From Myxococcota bacterium (GTDB lineage Bacteria > Myxococcota > Kuafuiibacteriia > Kuafuiibacteriales > Kuafuiibacteriaceae): DNA of 64,000 nt. The stretch lies in the NCBI GenBank assembly GCA_036788295.1, contig DAIQNR010000005.1, positions 7,402-71,401 on the forward strand. The letters are read 5' to 3'. A program made the translations under genes and the position numbers. Positions 17,768-26,612 of the stretch are shown here, one piece after another. The notes beneath the pieces are model-generated. The model was given only the letters and a program-made list of their open reading frames with translations, did not search any database and had not been told where the DNA came from. Positions within the stretch are counted from its first letter, which is position 1; every line of letters begins with the position of its first letter.

Positions 17768-18660
17768 TCCGCACCCTCTGGGACTTTTCTCGCCCCCACA
17801 CCATCATCGGCTCGACCCTCGCCGTCGTCGTCTTCTATCTCATCGCGGCCAGGGACGCGGGGCGACACGACCTCTTCCTCTTGCTCGTCAGCTATGGGGC
17901 CGCGCTCGCGGTCAACCTGTACATCGTCGGGCTCAACCAGCTCACCGACGTCGCCATCGACCGGGTGAACAAACCCCATCTCCCCCTGCCCTCCGGCCGG
18001 CTGTCGGCCCACGACGCCGCGCGCATCGTCGCCGTCGCCGCCGTCCTCGGGCTGGGGCTCGCCGCTGCCGGGGGCCCTTGGCTCTTCTTTACCATCGGGA
18101 CCGTGTTCGTCGTGGGCTCCTGCTACTCGCTCCCTCCGCTGCGCCTCAAACGAAAACCGGGATGGGCAGCGCTGTCGATCGTCCTGTCCCGCGGCGTCAT
18201 CGGCAACGTCGGGCTGTGGCTGACGTTCACCGTGGGCCTGTCCGGGGTCGCCCGGCTGCCGGCCCACGTCCTCGCCTTCGTCGCGTTCATGGTGGGCTTC
18301 ATGACCGTCATCGCCTTGCTCAAGGACGTGCCCGACATCGAAGGGGACCGCATCCACGAGATCCGAACCTTCAGCGTGCGCTTTGGCCCAAAGCGCGTGC
18401 TCGCCAGCTCGGTGGGGATCCTCGGCGTGGCGTACGCGGGAATGGCCAGCCTCGGGGCGTTCGGGGTCGAGGGGCTCGACCCGCCGGTGACGGCGCTCAC
18501 CCACCTCGCGCTGCTCGCGGTCCTGCTTCGGTTCGCGCGGCAGGCACAGCCAGAGTCGAAAGCGTCGATGACCCGCTTCTATCGACAAGTGTGGACGCTC
18601 TATTACCTCGAGTTCGGCGCCTATCTTTTCGCGTGCCTGGGGACCGGCCGCTGGATCTGA
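17764..18660 (+). CDS. homogentisate prenyltransferase (UbiA superfamily, HPT/VTE2-like)
   Basis: WDFSRPHTIIGS, NQLTDVAIDRVNKPHLPLPSG, KDVPDIEGDR, YRQVWTLYYLEF, matching Arabidopsis VTE2 (WRFLRPHTIRGT; NQIYDIGIDKVNKPYLP; KDLPDVEGDR; YRFIWNLFYAEY). ATGA overlap with the MT2 stop. Confidence 0.85.
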   Translation: MIRTLWDFSRPHTIIGSTLAVVVFYLIAARDAGRHDLFLLLVSYGAALAVNLYIVGLNQLTDVAIDRVNKPHLPLPSGRLSAHDAARIVAVAAVLGLGLAAAGGPWLFFTIGTVFVVGSCYSLPPLRLKRKPGWAALSIVLSRGVIGNVGLWLTFTVGLSGVARLPAHVLAFVAFMVGFMTVIALLKDVPDIEGDRIHEIRTFSVRFGPKRVLASSVGILGVAYAGMASLGAFGVEGLDPPVTALTHLALLAVLLRFARQAQPESKASMTRFYRQVWTLYYLEFGAYLFACLGTGRWI

Positions 18661-18708
18661 ACCACGAGGGGCCTGGTTCGCGAGCGTGCTTTTCGAAGCG
18701 CTCTTTGC

Positions 18709-20652
18709 TCAGCCGGGGTCGAGGATCGTCTCGTCGGGGTCAAGAGGAGCGCGAGGGGTCGCGGAACCCGGGGGAGCCCGGTCGCGTCCAGCGTCGCCCG
18801 GACCGGACTTTCGGCCGGGGCTCGGCGTCGCCGACACCGCCTCGACGCCGCTGAGCGTGACATCGACCTCCTCCACCGCCTTTGCCCGGCGACCGGCGAG
18901 CACCCAGGCGCAAGCGACCGCGCCGAACCCAGCCCCGACCGCCGGACCGAGGCCCCCCGCCGCCCCGGCGAGCGCGGCGAGCGGCGGAGTCAGCAGCGCG
19001 GGCCACACCGGCCGGCGCTCGGCCATCGACCGCCGCGCCCCGGCCAGCGCCTCGGGAAACCCGGGGAGGGCGGGCTCCCATATCCGCGGCGGCCCTTCGT
19101 TCAGCTCGAGCCCGATGAGCAGCGGCAGCACCCGAACCGCGAGCCCCCGGGCCGGTTCGGGGCCGTCCGGATGGCAGAGAACGACGGTCTTCTTGCCGCC
19201 GAGCTCGGCCGCAGCCTCGAGCCCCGACTTGCGAAGCACCGCGGTGCGGAGCGCCTCGTCGGCGCCCGGCGGGACCGATGCAAAGAGCGCCCGGGCGACC
19301 GCCCACGCCTCCGGCAGAGGCTCGACGTCCACGCCGAGCGCGGCGACCGGCCCGCCTTCGGGGGTCGAGAGCAAGAGCACCCGCCGCCCTTGGTCCTCGA
19401 GAAAGGACACCGTGCCCTCGAGCGACCGAGGCAGCTTCAGCCGGCTGACCCGCTCGAGCGCGGCCCGGGACCCGAGGTGCCACCTGGCCCCCTGGACCGT
19501 CCCCATCCACACGCCCCCCCGGTGGGAGAACGCCGCGCCCCGAAACCCGTCGGTCCCCCGCTCGCGGGCGGCCCGGCGAATGGCCTCTGCGTGGGGGTCG
19601 TCGGTCTCGGACACGAGCGCCGCCGCCACCCCGAGCGCGTGGGCCTTCGGGGTCTCGTCGAAGACCACCATCTCCACCGTCCCCGGGCCGACGAGCAGCG
19701 CCGGGTCGAGCTGCCACCGCGCCGCTTTGAGCAGCTCCTCGAGATCCGGAGGTCGGCGCACGATCACCCCGGCCCCGGTGAGGACCTCGAGCGCGGACCG
19801 GCGGCGCCGCTGCGCCTCGACCAGAAACAGCCCGACCGGCAAACTGAGCAAGAGACCCGCCGCCTCCGTGGCCCAGACCGCCGGATCGGGGGCCAGACCG
19901 AGCCCCCATCGAAGGGCGGCAGCGATCCCGATCGAGACCCCCGCCGCCGCCGCGACCCGGCCGCCGCCGCGGTGCTTGGCGCCCACCCGATCGATCGCCT
20001 CGTCCCGCAGGCGAAGAAGGCTGTCCCTCGGCGCCCGCGCCACCTCTACCTCGACCTCGACCTCGGGGACCCACCCCTGGAACACCGGACCGCCCCCCGC
20101 GACCTCGATCGGGCGGGCGAGGCCGATCGCTTGGCCGTCGAAGCGCACCGGCGCACCCGGGGCGAGGACCCCATCCGCGGGAACCGTCGTCCCCGCTGCG
20201 ACCCGCACCCGATCCCCAGGGCCCAACTCGGCCTCGGGGACCGCGACCTCCCGTCCTCGGGACCGAACCAGCCGAGCCGAGCCGGACTCCGTCCCTCGGC
20301 GGGCTCGAGCCCGCCAAGCGGCCGCATCGAGGACCGCCGACAGCGCCGCCGCCCCCGCCACCGCCTCGAGCCCGACCGAGGTGGTCGCAGACGAGAACAC
20401 TCCGGCCACCGCGAGCGCGAAGCCGAGGCCAGCCGCGACCGCCAGCGAGCCGTGGGGACCCGGGGCCCGCTTCGCCCGCCACCCGAGCCACGACGCGGCG
20501 AGAAAGGACACCGCCGCCGCGACCGCAGGGCCGCCGAGGCCAGCGCGGACGGCCACCGCAGCGGCGGCAGCGGCGGCGGCGAGCGCCAACGAGACGACGA
20601 GGCTCGTCCCCGTCCATGAGGCTCCCGATGAAGGCTCCGCCCTGACGCGCAT
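18709..20652 (-). CDS. degenerate P1B-type ATPase homolog (pseudo-ATPase or pseudogene). Actuator-like GDRVRVAAGTTVPADGVL and the phosphorylation-site region are retained but DKTGT is replaced by DETPK, CPC by LPV, and no TGES or GDGxND.
   Basis: Of the three overlapping >600-aa open frames at 18.7-20.7 kb, only this one shows domain-ordered similarity to heavy-metal P-type ATPases. Extremely Ala/Gly-rich. Confidence 0.45.
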   Translation of the reverse strand: MRVRAEPSSGASWTGTSLVVSLALAAAAAAAAVAVRAGLGGPAVAAAVSFLAASWLGWRAKRAPGPHGSLAVAAGLGFALAVAGVFSSATTSVGLEAVAGAAALSAVLDAAAWRARARRGTESGSARLVRSRGREVAVPEAELGPGDRVRVAAGTTVPADGVLAPGAPVRFDGQAIGLARPIEVAGGGPVFQGWVPEVEVEVEVARAPRDSLLRLRDEAIDRVGAKHRGGGRVAAAAGVSIGIAAALRWGLGLAPDPAVWATEAAGLLLSLPVGLFLVEAQRRRRSALEVLTGAGVIVRRPPDLEELLKAARWQLDPALLVGPGTVEMVVFDETPKAHALGVAAALVSETDDPHAEAIRRAARERGTDGFRGAAFSHRGGVWMGTVQGARWHLGSRAALERVSRLKLPRSLEGTVSFLEDQGRRVLLLSTPEGGPVAALGVDVEPLPEAWAVARALFASVPPGADEALRTAVLRKSGLEAAAELGGKKTVVLCHPDGPEPARGLAVRVLPLLIGLELNEGPPRIWEPALPGFPEALAGARRSMAERRPVWPALLTPPLAALAGAAGGLGPAVGAGFGAVACAWVLAGRRAKAVEEVDVTLSGVEAVSATPSPGRKSGPGDAGRDRAPPGSATPRAPLDPDETILDPG

Positions 20653-20742
20653 GCGAGGCCTGTACCGAAGAAGCGGGCCGGGGCAAACCGCCGCCGATCG
20701 CCCGTTGACTCCCATGCCACACAAAACTTAGGCCCCGCCGCG

Positions 20743-22338
20743 ATGAAGAGTTGGTGTTTGTTCCTAGGCCTTGCGGCAGCCACCGTCGTGGGATGTCGGG
20801 GCGATGAAGACGGCGATGGCGCTTTCGACGGGGGCACGGGGACGACCGACGTCGGCCCCGGGCGGGACGTCGGACCGGGGCAGGACGTCCCCGTGGTGGT
20901 CGGAGACTGTCCGATGGGTCAGGGCTCGAGCTTCACGGTGTGCGAGCTGAAGAACCCGAACCCCCGTCAGCCCGAAATAGGGGACGTGGTCGAGGTCCAG
21001 GGGGTCGTGGTGACCACGGCCCCATTCTCGCTCACGATGGAGCTGGGCTCGGGCCTCGATGGCTTCTTCGTGCAGGACCAGGAGACGACGGCGACGCTCG
21101 AGGGCCGCTACTCGGGGGTGGTCGTGACCTATCGCGCGGACGAAGTCTCGGATCTTCCCAGCACCGGAGATGTCATCCAGGTGACGGGACGGCTTCAAGA
21201 GTTTGGTCGAGATGGGGCGGACCAGCAAACCCAGATCGAGCTCACCCGGTTCGACCGCGCCGGCACCGCCGCGCCGACGCCGCAAACGGTCTCGCCGGCC
21301 CGCATCGCGAGCGGCCCCGACGCCCGGGCCTACGAAGGCGTGCTCGTCGAGGTCCGGGACGTGGAGGCGACGCAGGTCCGGGACATCCCTGGCGCCGGCG
21401 GAAGCAGCATCTTCGGAGCCTTCCTGGTGACGGGCGATCTCGTCGTCCGAAACGGGCTCCACATGTTCAGCCAGCCCGCGCAGGGGGCGCGCTTCGCGCG
21501 GATCACGGGCATCCTCCGGGTGGGCACCGCCCCGTTCGACGCCGGCATCTACGGCCTGTTCCCCCGCACCGCGCTCGACCTCGAAGCCGGCGGAGGCGGC
21601 GGAGACACCCTCACCTCGGTGGTCGCCCTGCAGGACCCGAGCACCCCAGGCCGCCCGTCGATCTGCACGCAGACCGGCGGTCTCCAAACGAGGATGGGCA
21701 CCTGCCCGCCGGTGCGCTTCGAAGGGGTGCGCCTGACCGCCGTCGGCGCGCCGGGGGCGGGCAATCGCCGCAACCTGTACGTCCAAGATCCTTCGGCGAT
21801 GGACGGGCGCTTCGCCGGGGTCCGGGTCTTCTCCGCCAACATCGAGGGGGGCGATCCTTCGGTGGGAAGCACGGGGACCCTGACCGGGGTGGCGGTGCTG
21901 TTCAACGGCGGCCTGCAGGTGGCGGACGCAACCTTCACCGTCACCGGTCCGGGCGAAGCGATCCCGCCGGTGGTGGTGACGCCCCAAGACATCCCGGGAA
22001 CGGTCACGCTGACCGGGGGCGAGGTGACGAACCCCTACGAAGGGGTGCTGGTCCGGGTCGAGAACGTGGACGTGACCGAGCGCTGCATCGACAGCAACGG
22101 CGACCGAGGCCTGTTCGGGGTCACCGGCGGGGTCATCATCGGCGTCGCGTTCCCCTACGCCTACAACGGTCGGTCGCGCATGGGCGTCATGCACACCTGC
22201 GCATCCATGGACCGGGAGGACGACCAACGCACGGTGGGGGACCGGTTCCGCGCCATCACCGGCGTGATGGACTACGCCTTCGACACCTTCCGCCTCACCC
22301 CCCGCGGCGACGCCGATCTCGATCGGGAGATGAACTAA
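20743..22338 (+). CDS. secreted lipoprotein with repeated OB-fold/beta-rich segments (lipobox …VVGC)
   Basis: Signal peptide plus lipobox MKSWCLFLGLAAATVVGC; no catalytic motifs. Confidence 0.55.
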   Translation: MKSWCLFLGLAAATVVGCRGDEDGDGAFDGGTGTTDVGPGRDVGPGQDVPVVVGDCPMGQGSSFTVCELKNPNPRQPEIGDVVEVQGVVVTTAPFSLTMELGSGLDGFFVQDQETTATLEGRYSGVVVTYRADEVSDLPSTGDVIQVTGRLQEFGRDGADQQTQIELTRFDRAGTAAPTPQTVSPARIASGPDARAYEGVLVEVRDVEATQVRDIPGAGGSSIFGAFLVTGDLVVRNGLHMFSQPAQGARFARITGILRVGTAPFDAGIYGLFPRTALDLEAGGGGGDTLTSVVALQDPSTPGRPSICTQTGGLQTRMGTCPPVRFEGVRLTAVGAPGAGNRRNLYVQDPSAMDGRFAGVRVFSANIEGGDPSVGSTGTLTGVAVLFNGGLQVADATFTVTGPGEAIPPVVVTPQDIPGTVTLTGGEVTNPYEGVLVRVENVDVTERCIDSNGDRGLFGVTGGVIIGVAFPYAYNGRSRMGVMHTCASMDREDDQRTVGDRFRAITGVMDYAFDTFRLTPRGDADLDREMN

Positions 22339-22584
22339 GGGCCCGGGCAGAGGTTAGCGGTGCAAGTTCGTCGAGCCATCGTCGTCGCTGTTGGTGGCGC
22401 GAGGAGGGAGCATACCGAGCGTCTGTGACCGACGAGAGCGAAGCGGCGACGCCGCCAGCGGCGGCGAGGGCCGGCGAGATTGTGCCGATAATTTCTGTCC
22501 GGGCCCTAAGGTCCTGCGACGAGATCACCTGCACCATCTCGCCGCCATGCGCGATTTGGCCCGCAGTTTGCTGACCGTCACCCC

Positions 22585-24093
22585 ATGAACGTGTGGGGTG
22601 TGCATTTCCCAAACGCCAAATCCTGGAAGCTCGAGCCGCTGTCCGTCGCAGCGCGGGTGGCTGCCCTTGTCCTCACCGGCGCGTGGTTTTTCTGCGCGTG
22701 CGGGGGAAGCGAGGTGCAGCGTGCAGGCGACGCTGGCCCCCGCGAAGACGTTGGCACCCACGAAGACGCTGCGGTGGAGCCCACCAGCTGCACGATCGAC
22801 GCTGACATCGACCGGAACCTGAGCGTCGGGGCCGGGGAGCGGCGGTGCTTCTCCTTGGCGGTCACGGAGGGCGGCGAGGTGCAGCCGCCCTCCGCGACGA
22901 CCGCTCGGGTTTGGCTTCGCGAGGACGGTCTCGTGTGCGTGCGCGCCGCCGCTGTCGGCGAAGAAACCTACGAAGAGATCGCGCTCGAAGTGCATTGTGA
23001 CGACCCGGCGAGCGACGCGCCGGTGGTCGCGACCCATACCGTCAACCTGCTCACCCGCCCGATCGGATTTCGACCCCTTCCCGCCTGGCAGGAGAATGTC
23101 GACGGGCCCCTGGCCCGTGAGTATTTTGGCATCTTCATCGACGAGGAGGACAGCGACAGCCTCTACGTCTACGGCGGCTTTCACTACCAGCCCCGGCAGT
23201 TCACGCCAGGGTTTGATCTGTGGCGTCTCGACCTCGCGAACGAGACCTGGACGCAGCTCGAATGGGAGGGCGACGGCCACCGCATGGCGGGGTTCGGAGC
23301 GGCCCGGTGGCCGGGGACCCGCACCGCCCTTCTCTTCGGCGGTCTCGAAGCGACCGGCTTTGGCTTCGCGCTGCCGTTTCGGCTCTCGGTGCTCGACTAC
23401 GCAGCGGAGCCGCCGGCGTTCACTGCGCTGGCTCCGACCGGAGCGCCCGCCGCCGGCACCTACCAGCCCGCGCTCTTCTACGACGAGCCCCGGTCCCAGT
23501 TCATCGCCGTTGGGGGCCAAGACCTGAGCGGCACCCACATGGACATCACCGGGTTCGACCCGGCCGCGAACTCCTGGTTTCGGATCCCGAGCGAGGCCGA
23601 CCCCATGTTCGGCCGACCGGATGGCCGCACCGGCTTCTTCTGGGCCCACGACCCCGCCGCTCGCCGGCTCATCGCGTACTCAGGCGAGCGCGGGGGCAAT
23701 GAGCAGGGGGGGTGCAACTGCGCCGACGACACCTGGCTGCTGGAGTTGGGCCAGGACCCGCCGCGCTGGCGAAGGCTCGTCCTGCCCGGCGAGCCGCTCG
23801 GCCGGCGCAACGGGCTGTTCGGGTTCGACCCGGTGAACGAGCGCTTCTTCGTGTTCGGCGGAACGCGCGACGGCATGCTCACCTCGGCCGGGTTGTTTGC
23901 GCTCGAGCTGGATGAAGGTCGCGAGCGCTGGGTGCAGATCCCGCTCCCCGACGCCGGAGCCCCTCCCGTGCGCAGCTCGGGGGCGATGGTGTTCGATCCC
24001 GCACGGCGCCGCATGCTGCTCGGCTTTGGCAACGACGGAGCCGCCATCTACGCTGACTTGTGGGAGATGGCGCTCGACGGCGGGGCCCGATAG
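22585..24093 (+). CDS. Kelch-repeat beta-propeller lipoprotein
   Basis: Lipobox …GAWFFCACGG. Repeated …YVYGG/LFGG/FVFGG… Kelch-like blades with W-containing motifs. Confidence 0.6.
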   Translation: MNVWGVHFPNAKSWKLEPLSVAARVAALVLTGAWFFCACGGSEVQRAGDAGPREDVGTHEDAAVEPTSCTIDADIDRNLSVGAGERRCFSLAVTEGGEVQPPSATTARVWLREDGLVCVRAAAVGEETYEEIALEVHCDDPASDAPVVATHTVNLLTRPIGFRPLPAWQENVDGPLAREYFGIFIDEEDSDSLYVYGGFHYQPRQFTPGFDLWRLDLANETWTQLEWEGDGHRMAGFGAARWPGTRTALLFGGLEATGFGFALPFRLSVLDYAAEPPAFTALAPTGAPAAGTYQPALFYDEPRSQFIAVGGQDLSGTHMDITGFDPAANSWFRIPSEADPMFGRPDGRTGFFWAHDPAARRLIAYSGERGGNEQGGCNCADDTWLLELGQDPPRWRRLVLPGEPLGRRNGLFGFDPVNERFFVFGGTRDGMLTSAGLFALELDEGRERWVQIPLPDAGAPPVRSSGAMVFDPARRRMLLGFGNDGAAIYADLWEMALDGGAR

Positions 24094-24101
24094 CCGGCGG
24101 C

Positions 24102-25985
24102 TCACCGCCCCTTGCGGAGACGACCAAAGCACAGCGCAGCGGCCAGAATCAGGAACACCAAACCCGGACCCTCTCGGCCGGTCCGGGTGTGCGCGCAGCC
24201 TCCAGTGCAGTCCGGATCGCAGTCACAGTCCCGGTCGCACTGCGTGGTCCGGTCGCACGGACAGTAGCCCTCCACCGGCGCTGGCGTGCGGTCGCGGGGG
24301 GCGTCCGGACGGCCGACGCCTCGGGGCCAGCACAAGCCCTGAACGCTGCCCGATGGCGCCGCGCACGAGAGCCCCGTGGGGCAGGCATCGGGGTTGGTGG
24401 TCACGCACTCGTTGGTGCACAGGCGCAGGTCTCCGATCACCCGGCACAGCCGGCTCGTGCACTCCGCGTCGGAGCGGCATGACTCGCCGAGCTGCTTGAA
24501 TCCGGCGAGCGGCATGCAAATCGGAGCCGCCAGGCCGGCGTTCACGCAATCGAAGTTGGCCGGACATTCCTCGGCGAGCCCGCGCGGGCACACCGCGTAG
24601 CAGAGAGCCGAATCGAGCCCCTGCTCCGGATCGAAGGCGCACAGCGACCGGTCGTCGCACTGTTCGGGCGCGCACGGCTCGCCAGGCCGGGCGACCTCGG
24701 CGCAAAACGCGGTGTTCGCGACCCCTGGCACCGCGCGGCAAACCGAGCGCTCGGTCCCGCAGCTCTCCCCGGCCCGGCGCGGATCGCACAGCGCGTAGCA
24801 GAAGTTCACGTCCGTCCAGTACGAGAAGCAGCCGTGGCCGGGTTTGCAGGTCCCGTTGCCGAAGCAGGTCTGCAGGTGCCCGCCCCGCCCGCCGGGGCTG
24901 CAGATTCCCTGGGTGGGCACACACACCGCGATCTGCGTCGTCCGTTGCTGGGTCAGCTCGCACTGGAACCCGGCCGGGCACTGCGCCGGTTGCCCCGGCG
25001 TCGGATCGCAAGGGCGGCTGCAGAACGGGGCGTTCTGGTTGCGGTTCGGCACCGTGACGCAGAGCCCAGTGACGCAGTGCTCGTGGAGGTTGCACGGGTC
25101 GCACAGCTCGTCGACCGGTTCCGGCTTCAGGCAGTAACCCTGGCCGTTCTCGGCCAGCTCGCACGTGAATCCGGACGGACAGCGCCCCGCCCGGCCGGGC
25201 TCGCATTCCCGGGAGCAATACCGCTCGTTTCGAGCCCCGTCGTCGATGCAGATCGACTCGGAGCAGTTCGTGTGGGTGAGGCACGGCGCGCCCACCGGGG
25301 CGCCCTCGCCAGCCCCAGGGGCATTCGGGAGCGGGCGTCCGTTCGAGTACAGCGCGCACACGCCCTCGACGTCGTTTCGGGCCGGCCGGCGCATGACCGG
25401 CTTGTTGTTGGCGGCGAACATCGCCGCCTCCGGGTCCTCGCTGTGCCCAAGACCGAGGAAATGGCCGACCTCGTGAAACATCACCGTCTCGAAGTCGACC
25501 GCCGGCGGGCTGCCCTGCCCCGCCGCGGCTTCGCTCGTCGTCCACCGCCAGTGCACTCCGTTGAAGACGATGTCGGCGTCGAGGATCACCCGGTTCTCGT
25601 CCAGGGTGTACGCGGTGAACGTCAGGGCGAGCGTGCCTCGGTCCCCGGGCCACGCGTCCGCGTCATCGGCGAAGAACACCCGATTCGCGTCGTCCACTTG
25701 GATGATGTTCCGCTGCTCCGGCGAAGAGGGCGAAAATGTCTGCTGAGAGAACGACAGCAGACTGCACGAGACCTCCTCCCACGCCGCAAAGGCCCTCCGG
25801 ACGGCCGCCACCACCGGCTCGCCGCCGAGCTGCCGAGAACCCGCAGGGTCCACCATGTAGGGCACCGGCCGAGAAGCGGCGTCCGGCCACCGGTGCCCCG
25901 GCGCCGAGAACGCCGCGGCCCCGGTCGGAGCGAGCAGGGGAAACGAGGCCAAGAGGCCCGCGAGCAGTCGTCGGAGGTCGGACAT
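24102..25985 (-). CDS. secreted zinc metalloprotease (matrixin/M10-like HEVGHFLGLGHS) with Cys-rich EGF-like repeats and a C-terminal MYXO-CTERM-like sorting tail (GGCAHTRTG…LVFLILAAALCFGRLRKGR)
   Basis: HExxHxxGxxH zinc motif, many CxxC repeats, and a terminal Cys-Gly, TM helix and basic tail. Confidence 0.75.
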   Translation of the reverse strand: MSDLRRLLAGLLASFPLLAPTGAAAFSAPGHRWPDAASRPVPYMVDPAGSRQLGGEPVVAAVRRAFAAWEEVSCSLLSFSQQTFSPSSPEQRNIIQVDDANRVFFADDADAWPGDRGTLALTFTAYTLDENRVILDADIVFNGVHWRWTTSEAAAGQGSPPAVDFETVMFHEVGHFLGLGHSEDPEAAMFAANNKPVMRRPARNDVEGVCALYSNGRPLPNAPGAGEGAPVGAPCLTHTNCSESICIDDGARNERYCSRECEPGRAGRCPSGFTCELAENGQGYCLKPEPVDELCDPCNLHEHCVTGLCVTVPNRNQNAPFCSRPCDPTPGQPAQCPAGFQCELTQQRTTQIAVCVPTQGICSPGGRGGHLQTCFGNGTCKPGHGCFSYWTDVNFCYALCDPRRAGESCGTERSVCRAVPGVANTAFCAEVARPGEPCAPEQCDDRSLCAFDPEQGLDSALCYAVCPRGLAEECPANFDCVNAGLAAPICMPLAGFKQLGESCRSDAECTSRLCRVIGDLRLCTNECVTTNPDACPTGLSCAAPSGSVQGLCWPRGVGRPDAPRDRTPAPVEGYCPCDRTTQCDRDCDCDPDCTGGCAHTRTGREGPGLVFLILAAALCFGRLRKGR

Positions 25986-26102
25986 TGGGGCTCCCGCAGT
26001 CTCGACGGCGGCGGCGCCGGCGAGCAACCTCGGTATCGACCGGCCGGGGCGCCAGGTTGCCTCCGCTCGGCCCAGCGCCCTCTTCGAGCGAGGCTCGTCC
26101 GC

Positions 26103-26543
26103 TCAGCTCCCCTCTTCGGCCACGAACAGCTCGACTTTCGCCACGCCCTCGAAACCGAGCGCGTTCGCCGCGGCCCGTGAGAGGTCGATCACCCGCCGCT
26201 CGTGAAACGGCCCTCGATCGTTGACCCGACACCGGACCCGTCGGCCGGACTTCGGACGAACCACCTCGACCACCGTCCCGAACCGCAGCCGGCGGTGGGC
26301 GCAGGTCAGCGCCTGCGGATCGTACGGCTCCCCGGTGGCCGTCGGCCGGCCGGCCAGAGAGTCGGCGTACCTAGAGGCGTAGCCCGACCCAACGGACCTC
26401 ATGGCCACGCTCGACGTCGCCACCGTGGATGTCGTGGACGTGGTGGATGGGGTCGACGTCCGGACAGCACCGCCCGGGCCTTGCCCGGTCGGCTCCGAGC
26501 AGGCCGCCAGGGCGAGCACCAGGAATGCGCAAATTCGCAGCAT
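26103..26543 (-). CDS. rlpA: RlpA-like lytic transglycosylase lipoprotein (double-psi beta-barrel domain)
   Basis: Lipobox LALAACS. DPBB motifs GEPYDPQALTCAHRRLRFGT…VRVNDRGPF…RVIDLSRAAANALG. Confidence 0.75.
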   Translation of the reverse strand: MLRICAFLVLALAACSEPTGQGPGGAVRTSTPSTTSTTSTVATSSVAMRSVGSGYASRYADSLAGRPTATGEPYDPQALTCAHRRLRFGTVVEVVRPKSGRRVRCRVNDRGPFHERRVIDLSRAAANALGFEGVAKVELFVAEEGS

Positions 26544-26612
26544 CGGGTGAAGGCTATCGGTCGGCCAACGGGGGACGCAAGCGCGGCACCGCGGGGCGGC
26601 CCATCCGAGCGC

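Noticed and set aside
18686-20731. 681-aa plus-strand ORF, and the 660-aa minus-strand ORF 18740-20722
   Set aside because: Both overlap the frame that shows P-type-ATPase domain order (18709-20652). They are Ser/Pro/Arg- or Arg/Gly-rich with no motifs, and were judged frame artefacts.
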